57,938 nt of DNA. Source: an uncultured Bacteroidales bacterium (GTDB taxonomy: Bacteria; Bacteroidota; Bacteroidia; Bacteroidales; UBA7960). Of this stretch, positions 10,475 to 21,002 are shown piece by piece. The translations under genes were made by a program, and so were the position numbers. Where the stretch lies: NCBI GenBank assembly GCA_964410015.1, contig CAYPFV010000002.1, forward strand, positions 1 through 57,938, read 5' to 3'. Positions within the stretch are counted from its first letter, which is position 1, and every line of letters begins with the position of its first letter. Below the pieces are notes generated by a model that had not been told where the DNA came from, did not search any database, and saw nothing but the letters and a program-made list of their open reading frames with translations.

Positions 10475-11236
10475 TTAGCAGGATTTTTTATTGAGTTCCT
10501 TCAATTTTAAATATTTTAGATACGTATAAAAGCCAGATAAAATGCTGATGACTAATCCATAATAACCATCCCTAAATCCTTGCTGAAGAACATACTTTTT
10601 GAAAAATTTAAACCCCGGACTCAGAAAGAGTTTGATAAAACCTGCTTTCTTCTTTTTTTGGTAAGCCTCTTTTGCCATGATATCGGTGAAATAATTCATT
10701 TGAGTGATATGCTGCGCGATACTGTAATAAGAATAATGTAAAATATCACCCTTTATATGCGTGCATGTGGCATCCTTTTGCAGCACGATCTGATCATGCG
10801 GATTGGTTCCACCCCACTTCCCTTTTCGACGATCGAATAAGCGTATTTTTGTATCCGGATACCATCCGGTATGATGTATCCATTTTCCACAATAATTGGT
10901 CAACCGGTTCATACTACAGGCATCGCTTTTCCAGTTTTTTAAAACCTTTACAATATTTTGCCGGAGCGTTTCATCAATTGCCTCATCGGCATCCAGGCAA
11001 AGTATATGATCATATTTGGCTTGCTGCAAGGCAAAATTCTTCTGCTCAATATGCCCCTGGAAAGGGTTTTTGATAAACCTTGCCTTGTATTCATTGCAAA
11101 TACTCTCTGTTTTATCAGTACTAAAAGAATCTACCACCACAATATCATCGGCAAAAGATTGAACGGAGGCTAGACATCTTCCGATGTTTTTTTCCTCATT
11201 CAAGGTAATGACAGCAACAGATAGTTTTACTTCCAT
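10475..11236 (-). CDS. Glycosyltransferase family 2
   Basis: N-terminal LSVAVITLNEEKNIGRCLASV...VVVDSFSTDKT...LDADE, a typical GT2 (GT-A fold, DxD motif). Confidence 0.85.
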   Translation of the reverse strand: MEVKLSVAVITLNEEKNIGRCLASVQSFADDIVVVDSFSTDKTESICNEYKARFIKNPFQGHIEQKNFALQQAKYDHILCLDADEAIDETLRQNIVKVLKNWKSDACSMNRLTNYCGKWIHHTGWYPDTKIRLFDRRKGKWGGTNPHDQIVLQKDATCTHIKGDILHYSYYSIAQHITQMNYFTDIMAKEAYQKKKKAGFIKLFLSPGFKFFKKYVLQQGFRDGYYGLVISILSGFYTYLKYLKLKELNKKSC

Positions 11237-11446
11237 GTTTTTTCGCAGTTTTATTCAAAATGCCTTTTTAAGGATCAATAATTCCTTTAACCATACCTTT
11301 TACCCCAACACCAAAGCCCCAAACTAAAATCTTTTTTTCAATCATAAACCTCTTGCGTAATTTCCTGCTGCAGGAGAATCAAAAGAAATACTTAAATCTC
11401 CTCTTTGGAGATCGGTAAAGATATGAAAACTTCCCAAACCAAATCA

Positions 11447-11809
11447 CTACAGATAAGCACACTTTTCTTCCCCCAGCACAAAATTTTCAGCAACAATAAT
11501 CGCTTTTTCACCAGGCAATACATAACAGGTTATCCATTTACAAGGTAAACCCGAAATAGCACGACAGATTTTCTCTGCAATGCAATAAACGCCATCAGGA
11601 ATAAACAAACTATCTGCTGTTTTTAAAACATCAGCACCTTCCTGTATGGTTTTCCGGGGAGCATTTTTATCTCCGGAGTTGTCATCAGTGCCCCAGGGAG
11701 ATACATAAAAGACTGCACCCTGTGCTGAAATTGCTGCAAAAATTAAAAAAAAGACAGATAAAATAAAATAATCCCGGCAATAAGGCATTTGTCCAATAAA
11801 TATTTTCAT
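11447..11809 (-). pseudogene. Probable truncated remnant of a right-handed beta-helix (DUF1565 / pectate-lyase-like) secreted protein
   Basis: Signal peptide followed by FYVSPWGTDDNSGDKNAPRKTIQEGADVLKTADSLFIPDGVY, which matches the N-terminus of large beta-helix proteins. The ORF stops after 120 aa. Confidence 0.35.
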
Positions 11810-12012
11810 TTTCAGTCTAAACAGCGTAAAAACATATGAATTTTACTTTTAAACTGATCTTTATCAAAAGATTTTTTTTCAACAATTTTTCATCAAAATA
11901 AAAAATTACTGTATTAACGTAAACTTAATCATGCATTTGCAAAGGCAGAACGGATAAAAATACCTGTTAATAACCCAAAGGGATGAAATTGCAAATGTAA
12001 AATATTATCTTA

Positions 12013-12020
12013 TACCTTTG
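12013..12020 (+). promoter_or_regulatory. Candidate Bacteroidetes -7 promoter element (TAnnTTTG) for parE
   Basis: TACCTTTG lies 23 nt upstream of the parE ATG and matches the sigma-A(Bf) -7 consensus TAnnTTTG. Confidence 0.35.
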
Positions 12021-12042
12021 GCAGATTAAAACCTTATGATTT

Positions 12043-13890
12043 ATGGCAGAACAATATTCAGAAGAAAGTATACGGTCGCTTGACTGGCATGAACATATCC
12101 GGCTAAGACCGGGCATGTACATCGGAAAACTTGGAGATGGTAGCTCGCCTGATGATGGTATTTATGTGCTGATCAAAGAGGTAATAGATAATTCTATTGA
12201 TGAATTTATCATGGGTTTCGGAAGAACCATTGATATCAGTATTCAGGATAAACAGGTAAAAGTAAGAGACTATGGGCGGGGCATTCCTTTGGGTAAAGTA
12301 GTAGACTGTGTTTCCAAAATCAACACAGGTGCCAAATATGACAACAAGGTTTTTAAGAAAACTGTTGGTCTTAATGGTGTAGGAACCAAAGCGGTCAATG
12401 CTCTTTCCAGCAGTTTTAGCATACAATCCATACGCGAAGGAAAATCAAAAACCGCTAATTTTAAAGCAGGTATTTTGGTTGAAGACCGTCACGAAGTGGA
12501 AGATAACGACCGAAAAGGTACCATTGTTAAATTTACTCCCGATGAAGAAATATTTGGGTCTTACAGATACATCGATGACTATATCGAAAAACTTTTATGG
12601 AACTACGTTTTCCTCAACCGAGGACTGACCATCAATTTTAATGGTCATAAACTTAAAGCAGAAAATGGATTACTCGACCTGCTCAACCGCAATATTGACA
12701 CTCCTATCTCCTACCCCATCATTCATATCCAGGAAGATGATCTGGAATTCGCTTTTACGCACAGCGCCACACAATACAGCGAAGAATACTTCTCTTTTGT
12801 AAACGGTCAGCATACTTCTCAGGGTGGTACACATCAAAACGCTTTCAGAGAAGCACTTACCAGAACAGTCAGAGATTTCTATAAAAAAGATTTTGATGCC
12901 AACGACATCAAAACATCCATTATTGTTGCTCTGAGCATAAAAGTGCAGGAACCGGTTTTTGAATCACAGACCAAAACCAAACTTGGATCACAGCATACCG
13001 AACCCAAAGGACCTACCATAAAAAATTATATCGGTGATATTCTGAAAAGAAGACTGGATAACTACCTGCACATGAACCCCGAAACCGCAGATGCCCTTTT
13101 GCGAAAAATCCTGCAAAGCGAAAAGGAACGAAAAGATATGGCAAATATCAAAAAAATTGCCAAAGAAAGGGTAAAAAGGGCAAGCCTGCACAATAAAAAA
13201 CTGCGAGATTGCCGAATTCATTACAATGATAACCATGAACGACGACTGGAAACAACACTTTTTATCACCGAAGGTGATTCTGCTTCAGGAAGTATTACCA
13301 AAGCAAGAGATGTAAATACACAAGCTGTTTTTAGCCTGAAAGGAAAACCCCTCAACTGTTATGGACTGTCGAAAAAAATTGTTTATGAAAATGAAGAATT
13401 CAACCTCATGCAGGCAGCACTCAATATTGAAGACGGACTGGAAGACCTCAGATACAATAATATCGTAATTGCTACCGATGCCGATGTAGATGGCATGCAC
13501 ATCAGATTGCTGCTCATTACATTTTTCCTGCAATTTTTCCCCGATCTGGTTCGAAACGGACATTTATACATCCTTCAAACACCATTGTTCAGGGTTAGAA
13601 ACAAACAAAAAACCATTTATTGTTATTCTGACCTCGAAAAAAACAATGCAATCAATGAGCTCAGCGCAAAGAGCAAACCTGAAATTACCAGATTCAAGGG
13701 ACTGGGTGAAATATCACCCGACGAATTCGGTGCATTTATTGGTAGTAACATTCGCCTGGACCCCGTGTTACTTAAAAAGGATGTGATCCTTAAAGACATG
13801 CTCAACTTTTATATGGGAAAAAACACACCCGAAAGGCAAACATTTATCATCGATAACCTTCGGATAGGCCTGGACACTGTTGATGCCTGA
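12043..13890 (+). CDS. parE: DNA topoisomerase IV subunit B (type IIA topoisomerase ATPase subunit)
   Basis: GHKL ATPase N-terminus ([19 protein letters not shown]), Toprim ([20 protein letters not shown]). The 615-aa size fits ParE rather than GyrB in Bacteroidota. Confidence 0.82.
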   Translation: MAEQYSEESIRSLDWHEHIRLRPGMYIGKLGDGSSPDDGIYVLIKEVIDNSIDEFIMGFGRTIDISIQDKQVKVRDYGRGIPLGKVVDCVSKINTGAKYDNKVFKKTVGLNGVGTKAVNALSSSFSIQSIREGKSKTANFKAGILVEDRHEVEDNDRKGTIVKFTPDEEIFGSYRYIDDYIEKLLWNYVFLNRGLTINFNGHKLKAENGLLDLLNRNIDTPISYPIIHIQEDDLEFAFTHSATQYSEEYFSFVNGQHTSQGGTHQNAFREALTRTVRDFYKKDFDANDIKTSIIVALSIKVQEPVFESQTKTKLGSQHTEPKGPTIKNYIGDILKRRLDNYLHMNPETADALLRKILQSEKERKDMANIKKIAKERVKRASLHNKKLRDCRIHYNDNHERRLETTLFITEGDSASGSITKARDVNTQAVFSLKGKPLNCYGLSKKIVYENEEFNLMQAALNIEDGLEDLRYNNIVIATDADVDGMHIRLLLITFFLQFFPDLVRNGHLYILQTPLFRVRNKQKTIYCYSDLEKNNAINELSAKSKPEITRFKGLGEISPDEFGAFIGSNIRLDPVLLKKDVILKDMLNFYMGKNTPERQTFIIDNLRIGLDTVDA

Positions 13891-13898
13891 AAAACAAG

Positions 13899-13944
13899 CA
13901 CTACCAGAGGTCTTCTGACTTATGGTAGTGATTTTCTTTTTTTC
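13899..13944 (+). terminator. Intrinsic terminator after parE
   Basis: 8-bp stem CACTACCA / TGGTAGTG (13899-13906 / 13923-13930) followed by ATTTTCTTTTTTT. Confidence 0.6.
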
Positions 13945-14109
13945 TGCTGCTGTTTGCTGCATTATTTATAAAACCTCTGTTATATCTCTTTCTAATCCCT
14001 GCATTTTTCTTTCACACTTCCCTTTTGCATCCTCCCTTTAAACTAATTACCTGCTTATTTTGTTAAGATGGATAAAATAAAAATTTATTCATGTAAACAT
14101 CTGTTATTT

Positions 14110-14505
14110 ATGGACTATTATTTTAGCAAAACTTTACCCGGAAAAACTTTTGAGAATGCCCTTGAATTGGTAACTGAGGAATTGAAAAAAGAAGGTTTCG
14201 GAGTACTTACTGAGATTGATGTAAAAGACACACTCAAAAAGAAACTGGATGTGGATTTTAAAAAATACAAAATCCTTGGTGCATGTAACCCCCATTTTGC
14301 TTATAAGGCCTTTCAAAGTGAGGATAAAATTGGAGCATTCCTCCCCTGCAATGTTGTGGTGGAAGAAAATGATGATGGACAGGTTGAGATATCAGCCGTA
14401 GACCCCATTGCCATGATGAGCTCTATTGATAACAAAGAGCTGGGACCACTTGCTTCAGAAGTTCGAACAAGATTGCAAAAAGTCATTGAAAGTACAGGCA
14501 AGTGA
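14110..14505 (+). CDS. DUF302 domain protein
   Basis: MDYYFSKTL...GFGVLTEIDVKDTLKKKLDVDFKKYKILGACNP is typical DUF302. The ORF is open from 14068, but the family N-terminus matches the ATG at 14110. Confidence 0.85.
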   Translation: MDYYFSKTLPGKTFENALELVTEELKKEGFGVLTEIDVKDTLKKKLDVDFKKYKILGACNPHFAYKAFQSEDKIGAFLPCNVVVEENDDGQVEISAVDPIAMMSSIDNKELGPLASEVRTRLQKVIESTGK

Positions 14506-14563
14506 TTAACCTTAATCATGAATCTATAATACGATGAGATAAATCTTTAAAGAAGGAAATGAA

Positions 14564-15802
14564 ATGAAAAACAGAAAACATAACAAAAGCATTGCTTTAT
14601 TATCGGGAGTCATATTCCTGATGATTAGCATACCGGGAGCATTTTTTGGGGTAAATGCTCAAATAAGGGTAACCGAAAGAGTAATAGATGACAACATCAG
14701 AAGCGAAATGGTTAACTTTCGGATTGTACAGGTGGTGGAAGGACTGGAACATCCCTGGGCAATTTCCTGGCTTCCCGATGGTCGTATGCTGATAACCGAA
14801 AGACCCGGCAGAATGCAATTGATCGATGGAAATACAGTAACCCAGCTTAAAAATCTGCCTCCCATACACTATCAGGAGGATCAGCGAACCGCTCCGCAAG
14901 GGGGTAGTCAGGCAGGATTACTTGATGTGGTAGTACATCCCGATTACGAAAATAACGGATGGATCTACTTTACCTATTCAAGCCCTGGCGACGCCGATGG
15001 GGTGAATGCACGGCATGCTACCGGCACTGCACTGGCACGGGCAAAACTTAATGCCGATAACACTGATCTTACAAACCTTGAAACACTCTACACCCTGATG
15101 CCAAGAACACAACCCGGAAGACACTACGGATCGAGAATCGTATTTCCCGGTGATGGAACAGTTATGTTTTCCATTGGTGACAGAGGACTCAGATATCCTT
15201 CCCAGGAACTTACAAACCCCGCCGGATCCATCATCAGACTCCTGGAAGATGGGGGTGCCCCGCCTGATAATCCTTTTGTAAACGTGTTTCCAGGAAATCT
15301 GAGACCTGAGATTTATAGCTTCGGACACAGAAACAATCAGGGAATGGCCCAAAATCCCTTAACAGGTGAGATTTGGGCCACTGATCATGGCCCTAACGGA
15401 GGAGACATGCTTTACCAAATTGAAAAAGGAAATAACCACGGATGGCCAAATGTGGCTTTCGGAAAAGAATATTCTACCAGCGAACATATTGGTATTGGAA
15501 AAGAAGCACCAGGTGTGAAAAAACCTGCCTGGGTATGGGAAAACTCCATGGCTCCTTCTGGATTGGCTTTCTATAATGCCGAACCTTTTCAGGAATGGAA
15601 TGGACATTTACTCGCTGGCTCTCTCATTCGCGAAGAGATTTACAGAATCGTACTGGATTATGGAAAAGTTACACATAAAGAAACACTTATTACCGGAAAA
15701 ATTGGACGCATCAGAGATATCAGACAAGGACCTGATGGTTTTGTTTACATTGCTACAGACGAAACAAATGGAGGTATTTACAGACTTGAACCGGTAAGAT
15801 AA
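14564..15802 (+). CDS. PQQ-dependent sugar dehydrogenase (soluble aldose/sorbosone dehydrogenase family, YliI-like)
   Basis: Signal peptide; beta-propeller motifs LEHPWAISWLPDGRMLITER and GHRNNQGMAQNP.TGEIWATDHGPNGGD...GNNHGWP. Confidence 0.85.
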   Translation: MKNRKHNKSIALLSGVIFLMISIPGAFFGVNAQIRVTERVIDDNIRSEMVNFRIVQVVEGLEHPWAISWLPDGRMLITERPGRMQLIDGNTVTQLKNLPPIHYQEDQRTAPQGGSQAGLLDVVVHPDYENNGWIYFTYSSPGDADGVNARHATGTALARAKLNADNTDLTNLETLYTLMPRTQPGRHYGSRIVFPGDGTVMFSIGDRGLRYPSQELTNPAGSIIRLLEDGGAPPDNPFVNVFPGNLRPEIYSFGHRNNQGMAQNPLTGEIWATDHGPNGGDMLYQIEKGNNHGWPNVAFGKEYSTSEHIGIGKEAPGVKKPAWVWENSMAPSGLAFYNAEPFQEWNGHLLAGSLIREEIYRIVLDYGKVTHKETLITGKIGRIRDIRQGPDGFVYIATDETNGGIYRLEPVR

Positions 15803-15837
15803 ATCTCTCATACAATACTCAACCTAACTACCTGAAA

Positions 15838-15885
15838 AACCACCCCGGAATTCTGAACAGGTTTTGTGGGGTGGTTGGCTTTTTC
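15838..15885 (+). terminator. Intrinsic terminator after the sugar dehydrogenase gene
   Basis: 9-bp GC-rich stem AACCACCCC / GGGGTGGTT (15838-15846 / 15868-15876), then GGCTTTTT. Confidence 0.65.
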
Positions 15886-15955
15886 AGAAATAATTACACA
15901 CTCAATTCTCCTTATGCTGAAAATGCTTATTATGAAAAAAATAAATTTTTAATGC

Positions 15956-16870
15956 ATGAGAGTAGTCATCCGCTTTTTAATACCATTTGCGATCTTTCTC
16001 CTTTCAAACTTTCTGCAATTTGGGATCAATCAATTTGAGTTTTTCAATGAAAATACATTTAACTGGTTAAACAAAACGGGACAAATTCTCCTGGTATTAA
16101 GCATTGCATGGGGATTGATTGTTTTGATCAGAACAGGCAAATGGCGGTTACTGAAAATGTACGACATTTCCGCAGAAGATAACCTGAAAGAACGAAAGCT
16201 ATATACTCAGTTTAATATTCTTGAGAAGGTAATTGTTTTTCTGGTTGTTATTATTGCCCTGGGTACAGGATTGATGCTATTCGAACAGGTGCGGAATGTG
16301 GGCGTAAGCCTGTTTGCTTCCGCCGGTATTGCAGGTTTGATATTGGGTTTTGCAGCACAAAAAGCTCTGAGTACTATTCTTGCTGGTTTACAGATCGCCA
16401 TTACCCAACCCATCCGGCTTGAAGATGTGGTGATCGTTGAAAACGAATGGGGATGGGTAGAGGAGATCAATCTAACTTATGTAGTAATAAGAATTTGGGA
16501 TAAAAGAAGATTAGTGGTACCTACAACCTATTTTCTGGAAAAATCCTTTCAGAATTGGACAAGAACATCAGCCGAGATACTGGGCACAGTTTTTATTTAT
16601 ACCGACTACTCAATGCCTTTCGAACCCTTGAGGAAAGAACTTACCCGCATACTGAAATCTTCTGATAAATGGAAAGGAAAGGTAAATGTTATGGAAATAA
16701 CAGATGCTAAAGAATATACTGTTGAAATACGTGCTCTTATGGATGCCTTTACCAGTGCTAAAGCATGGGACCTGAGGGTGTATGTACGTGAAAAACTGAT
16801 TGAATTTATTCAGAAAGAATATCCCCAATGTCTGCCACGAACAAGGGTTATGATCCATAATGACAACTGA
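15956..16870 (+). CDS. Mechanosensitive ion channel family protein (MscS-like)
   Basis: Transmembrane N-terminus plus the MscS core LAGLQIAITQPIRLEDVVIVENEWGWVEEINLTYVVIRIWDKRRLVVP. Confidence 0.85.
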   Translation: MRVVIRFLIPFAIFLLSNFLQFGINQFEFFNENTFNWLNKTGQILLVLSIAWGLIVLIRTGKWRLLKMYDISAEDNLKERKLYTQFNILEKVIVFLVVIIALGTGLMLFEQVRNVGVSLFASAGIAGLILGFAAQKALSTILAGLQIAITQPIRLEDVVIVENEWGWVEEINLTYVVIRIWDKRRLVVPTTYFLEKSFQNWTRTSAEILGTVFIYTDYSMPFEPLRKELTRILKSSDKWKGKVNVMEITDAKEYTVEIRALMDAFTSAKAWDLRVYVREKLIEFIQKEYPQCLPRTRVMIHNDN

Positions 16871-16901
16871 GCATCCTGCCTTCACCTTACTTCAAAGGAA
16901 G

Positions 16902-18383
16902 TTACAAACCATATTGGGTAATTGCATTCAACAAACCCGTGATCTTTTTTCTCATCTGAATAGCAGAGCCCGTATAGTTATTAACGATAATTGTAAAAGC
17001 AATCATGTTTTCCTCAGAATCTTCTGTATATCCTGCGTATGCCCAAACATGATCAAGATAACCACTCTTTGCTCTGAGCAAACCTTCAGAAGGAGTACCT
17101 TTGAATAATCCTGACAATGACCCACTGCGACCGGCAACGGGTAATCCCTGAATGAGAGATTCATAAATTTCGCTATTTCTTGATGCAAGTATAAGAATCT
17201 GAGTCAATTGCGAAACAGTGATTAAATTAAATGGCGATAATCCACTACCATCATGAATACGCATTCCCTGCTTATCTATGCCATTCTCTTGCCAGAATTT
17301 TTCAATCACTTCGGCTGATGCTTCAAAACTTCCCTCATCATTCACCTCTTTTCCCAGTACTTTAAAAAGATTTTCGGCATAAGAATTTACGCTTTTCTTA
17401 TTGGTACGTGCAGCTATCTCATTCAAAGGAGGTGATAACCATTTACTCAACACAATTCTGCCAGCATCTTCAGGAAGTTGCGGATGCGTTTGATGGGTGA
17501 ATACCTCACCATCTATAGATATCTGATTTTTTTTCAGAAAACTTCTAAAAGCCGAGGCAGCAAAAAATCCAGGATCGGGCATCGAACCCTTTACAGCAAA
17601 ATAATCCTGACCCAAAGGAACAGTGCCAGTCAACCACCTTTGCTTTTGACCAGGTACACCAAAAATATACACCTGATCTCCCGAACCTATCGCTCCGGTA
17701 GTTACATGGTTGATAAATGTCATACCATCGATACGAGGACGGGTAGACAAAACCCTGGCAGGTTCACCCTCTTTATTCCCGGGTCGAAAAAAAACTGTAT
17801 ACATATTCTCATGAACAGAAAGGGCATGTGCACCGGCACCGTAATAATTTCCAATGTCTTCCCAATTCCATTTGCTGGGTATCATATGATCATCAAAAAA
17901 AGTCCCGTCGGATACTATATTACCCTTTATACTTTTAATGCCTGCTTTTTTAATACTTTCCAACCATTCATTGAAAATAGTTTCCAAAGACAAAGAATCA
18001 CTCATCTGAACAGCTCCAAAAGTTGGGTCTCCCATCCCTTTGATGATCAAATCACCTTTTAAAGTATCGCCGGTTAAAGTCCCGGAATATTGCAGAAGTG
18101 TTTCAAACTGATAATCAATACCCAAAAGAGATAGGGCAGTAATCGTGGTAATGAGTTTTTGAGTAGAAGCATTGATGAGCGAAAGGTCGGGATTCATAAA
18201 AACTTTTTGGGAAGTATCTGCGGTACTGACTGCCATAAAACCCCATGAGGCATGTTTTAATTGTTCATCTTCGGCAAATTGATCCACAGCTTGTCTTAAA
18301 TCTTTAGGCTTTTGAGCCACAACAGACCTTCCATAAGATAAAAGCAATATCAGAAAAAAAATAAAGGATTGATTCAGTCTCAT
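16902..18383 (-). CDS. dacB: D-alanyl-D-alanine carboxypeptidase/endopeptidase (PBP4, peptidase S13)
   Basis: Signal peptide, SxxK motif (NASTQK), S13-type layout including DGSGLS and KSGYL (KTG-like) motifs. Confidence 0.85.
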   Translation of the reverse strand: MRLNQSFIFFLILLLSYGRSVVAQKPKDLRQAVDQFAEDEQLKHASWGFMAVSTADTSQKVFMNPDLSLINASTQKLITTITALSLLGIDYQFETLLQYSGTLTGDTLKGDLIIKGMGDPTFGAVQMSDSLSLETIFNEWLESIKKAGIKSIKGNIVSDGTFFDDHMIPSKWNWEDIGNYYGAGAHALSVHENMYTVFFRPGNKEGEPARVLSTRPRIDGMTFINHVTTGAIGSGDQVYIFGVPGQKQRWLTGTVPLGQDYFAVKGSMPDPGFFAASAFRSFLKKNQISIDGEVFTHQTHPQLPEDAGRIVLSKWLSPPLNEIAARTNKKSVNSYAENLFKVLGKEVNDEGSFEASAEVIEKFWQENGIDKQGMRIHDGSGLSPFNLITVSQLTQILILASRNSEIYESLIQGLPVAGRSGSLSGLFKGTPSEGLLRAKSGYLDHVWAYAGYTEDSEENMIAFTIIVNNYTGSAIQMRKKITGLLNAITQYGL

Positions 18384-18398
18384 CTTTACCTTCCAAAT

Positions 18399-19352
18399 TT
18401 ACCTTCCAAAAACACTTAAATTTATATAATCCCCGGGATTATCCTTGATCTCATCCAACAATTCTTCCAACTGTTTGGAAGAAGCCGAAAGATTGTTGTA
18501 AAGTTCTTCATCATTGACCAGTAATCCTGCTGTCCCCTGACCATTGTTGATCTTTTCCAGTATTTCATTCATCGAGGTAAGGCTTTCTTCTGCCCTCAGA
18601 AGAGTTTGGGTTAAATTGGCTGCGGCAATGCTATCAGAAATATTGGAAAAATTTTGCATAACATGGGTCAAAAGTTCACTATTGTCGCTCAGGTTTTGGG
18701 TGATAGATTCGGTATCGGTCAAAATGCTTTTGATACGGGTAGTTTCCTCATCCAGTGTATTATCAAGACGGACAGTCGATGATTCTACAGTATACAAGGT
18801 TTTTTGTATGCTTTCAAAACTCTGTACAATATTAGAACGGGTATTCTCATTAAAAACAGACTGAAAAATCAACATCACCGAATCAATTTGTGCAAAAAGA
18901 TTTTCAGCATGCTGTTGGATAGGCAATACAAGTTGACTAACCTCTTCCTGTATGGATGCTTGCTGCCTGGAAGACAGTGTATCGCCGTTTTGAAGATAGG
19001 TTGTTGAATTTCCTAATTCAATGACAATCTCACGGGTTCCTGTCAAACTCATGCCTGTAATAACAGAATAGGAATCATCAGGAATCATGATGTCTTTTCT
19101 GATGATATTTTCCACCAGTATTCTTCCGGATTGATCAGGCATGAAGGAAATGGTTTTTACCTGCCCGATATTTACCCCATTGAGTGAAACAGGGTTAGAT
19201 TCAATCAATCCGGTTACATCATCATAAACAGCATAGTAAACAATCTGTTTTGAAAAAATATCTTCTCCCTTTAAATAATTTAAGCCCCAAAGAAAGAGCA
19301 GAAGAGAGAGCGTGGCAACCACTCCAATTTTTATTTCTCTTTTTATTTTCAA
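18399..19352 (-). CDS. MlaD/MCE family protein
   Basis: N-terminal TM helix followed by an MCE domain (VYYAVYDDVTGLIESNPVSLNGVNIGQV) and a long coiled-coil C-terminus. Confidence 0.8.
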   Translation of the reverse strand: MKIKREIKIGVVATLSLLLFLWGLNYLKGEDIFSKQIVYYAVYDDVTGLIESNPVSLNGVNIGQVKTISFMPDQSGRILVENIIRKDIMIPDDSYSVITGMSLTGTREIVIELGNSTTYLQNGDTLSSRQQASIQEEVSQLVLPIQQHAENLFAQIDSVMLIFQSVFNENTRSNIVQSFESIQKTLYTVESSTVRLDNTLDEETTRIKSILTDTESITQNLSDNSELLTHVMQNFSNISDSIAAANLTQTLLRAEESLTSMNEILEKINNGQGTAGLLVNDEELYNNLSASSKQLEELLDEIKDNPGDYINLSVFGR

Positions 19353-19378
19353 ACTTCTGTTTTTATGTGTGTTAGCAA

Positions 19379-20632
19379 TTATTTCATTTTGGTTGATTCC
19401 CTGATCAATCGCATGGCTTCAGCGGGTGTAATACGTTCATTATTCTTAAAAGCAACAACAAAGGCATCCGTAAACCCTTTTTCATGAAGTTCCTTTTGTA
19501 TTTTAGAGGCTGCTTCCAGGGTTGATTCGTTGCCCAGGGTATATTTATATAACCCCTGATGCTCATAATAGGATACCCCTTCAAGATCAGTAAAAAAGGG
19601 ATCATTGGGTTGTTTTTTTTCGGAGGTGGTGGCAAACTGCACCCTGAAACTGATCACCGGGTTTGAGGTGGAAGAGTTTTGATCATGGTTTGTTTCAGCA
19701 GAGGTTTCAGCAGAATCAATCTTGTTTCCATTATTACCGGAATCAACTGAAGTGTTTCCGTTTTTATTTTCCTGATTATCGTGTTTTATCTGATTTTCTG
19801 ATTCAGGGATTGTTTGTTGATGATTTCCGTTGTTGTAAACCAACATTTTGGAAGCCATTTGGTCTTGCATAGTTTTATAGTCTCTGAAAGCCCTAAAAAT
19901 AGCAGAAGCTATATATGACTGTCCTATATCTGACATTAAAAATTCTTCCTCCTTTCGGTTACTCAAAAAGCCAGCTTCTACTAAAATACCAGGCATTGTA
20001 ACCCTGTATAATACAATAAACCCAGCTTGTTTTACACCCCTGTCCACACGCATGGCTCTCTCGCGAAACTGGTCTTGCACCAGAGAAGCAATTTTCAAAC
20101 TCTGGTTTAAATGGGTATTTTGAAACATATTGAAAATAATGTTGGATTCCTCGCTGTTAGGATCATAGCCATCGTAGGTTTCCAGATAATCTTCCTCATA
20201 CAATATAGAAGCATTCTCTTTTTTAGCAACCTGAAGGTTTTCCTGACTTTTGTGCAGACCCATCACAAATGTTTCAGACCCGTAGGCATGTGAAGAGGCA
20301 TGTCCGTTGCAATGTAAAGAAATAAAAAGATCGGCTTTGTTTTCGTTGGCGATTTGGGCTCTTCGGTGCAGTTCAACAAATTCATCTGTAGTACGGGTAT
20401 AAATAACCTCCACATCAGTAAAGTTTTCTTCAATGTAACCTCCAAGTTTTAATGCTATAGAAAGGACAATATCCTTCTCCTTAGATCTGGAGCCTTCAGC
20501 GCCTGGATCCCTTCCTCCATGCCCGGGATCAATAACAACTTTTCTCACAAAACCATAACGATCGGCATGTGCATATTGCCATACAGATAATACCAGGAAC
20601 AGAATACCAAAAATTATAATCTTTCGTTTCAC
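19379..20632 (-). CDS. N-acetylmuramoyl-L-alanine amidase (Amidase_3) with a low-complexity linker and a C-terminal SPOR-like domain
   Basis: VVIDPGHGGRDPGA...SLHCN...GFLSN amidase_3 motifs, an N/Q/S-rich linker, and a C-terminal FRVQFATTS...GLYKYTLG SPOR-like repeat. Confidence 0.85.
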   Translation of the reverse strand: MKRKIIIFGILFLVLSVWQYAHADRYGFVRKVVIDPGHGGRDPGAEGSRSKEKDIVLSIALKLGGYIEENFTDVEVIYTRTTDEFVELHRRAQIANENKADLFISLHCNGHASSHAYGSETFVMGLHKSQENLQVAKKENASILYEEDYLETYDGYDPNSEESNIIFNMFQNTHLNQSLKIASLVQDQFRERAMRVDRGVKQAGFIVLYRVTMPGILVEAGFLSNRKEEEFLMSDIGQSYIASAIFRAFRDYKTMQDQMASKMLVYNNGNHQQTIPESENQIKHDNQENKNGNTSVDSGNNGNKIDSAETSAETNHDQNSSTSNPVISFRVQFATTSEKKQPNDPFFTDLEGVSYYEHQGLYKYTLGNESTLEAASKIQKELHEKGFTDAFVVAFKNNERITPAEAMRLIRESTKMK

Positions 20633-21002
20633 TTATTATTCACGGTTTTTTTATAGTTTTGCCCTGTTTTTAATTGAGTTTATTTCATTTTCAAGGTAGT
20701 CTATTTGCGAAAAAAGAATCACTTATTTGATTACCAATGCTCAATAAACAGATAATAAAATTAAATATCCTTTTATTATAAAAAAAATCAATTCAATTTC
20801 ACATTCCTGAAAACAATGTACCGGATGATTTTATTGCCAATCATGTGAATTTTATTCTGAGCTGATGTTTCCTGAAATCACGAATGACAGAAACCATGCA
20901 AAGGTACAAAATATAAGAACGTATATGAATAAACATAAAATTTACTATGAATTAATACGTTTTCAGGTTATATATATTGTGCAAAAATAATATTAAATAA
21001 AA

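Noticed and set aside
17478-18062. Long antisense or overlapping ORFs inside well-supported genes (17478-18062 in dacB, 49514-50011 in rluD, 52455-52859 in the TonB receptor, 1974-2417 in the DUF1080 gene, 37118-37447 in susC, and others)
   Set aside because: Each lies wholly within a longer ORF on the other strand or frame that has clear family motifs. Their products are low-complexity or Cys/Ser/Phe-rich, typical of shadow ORFs.
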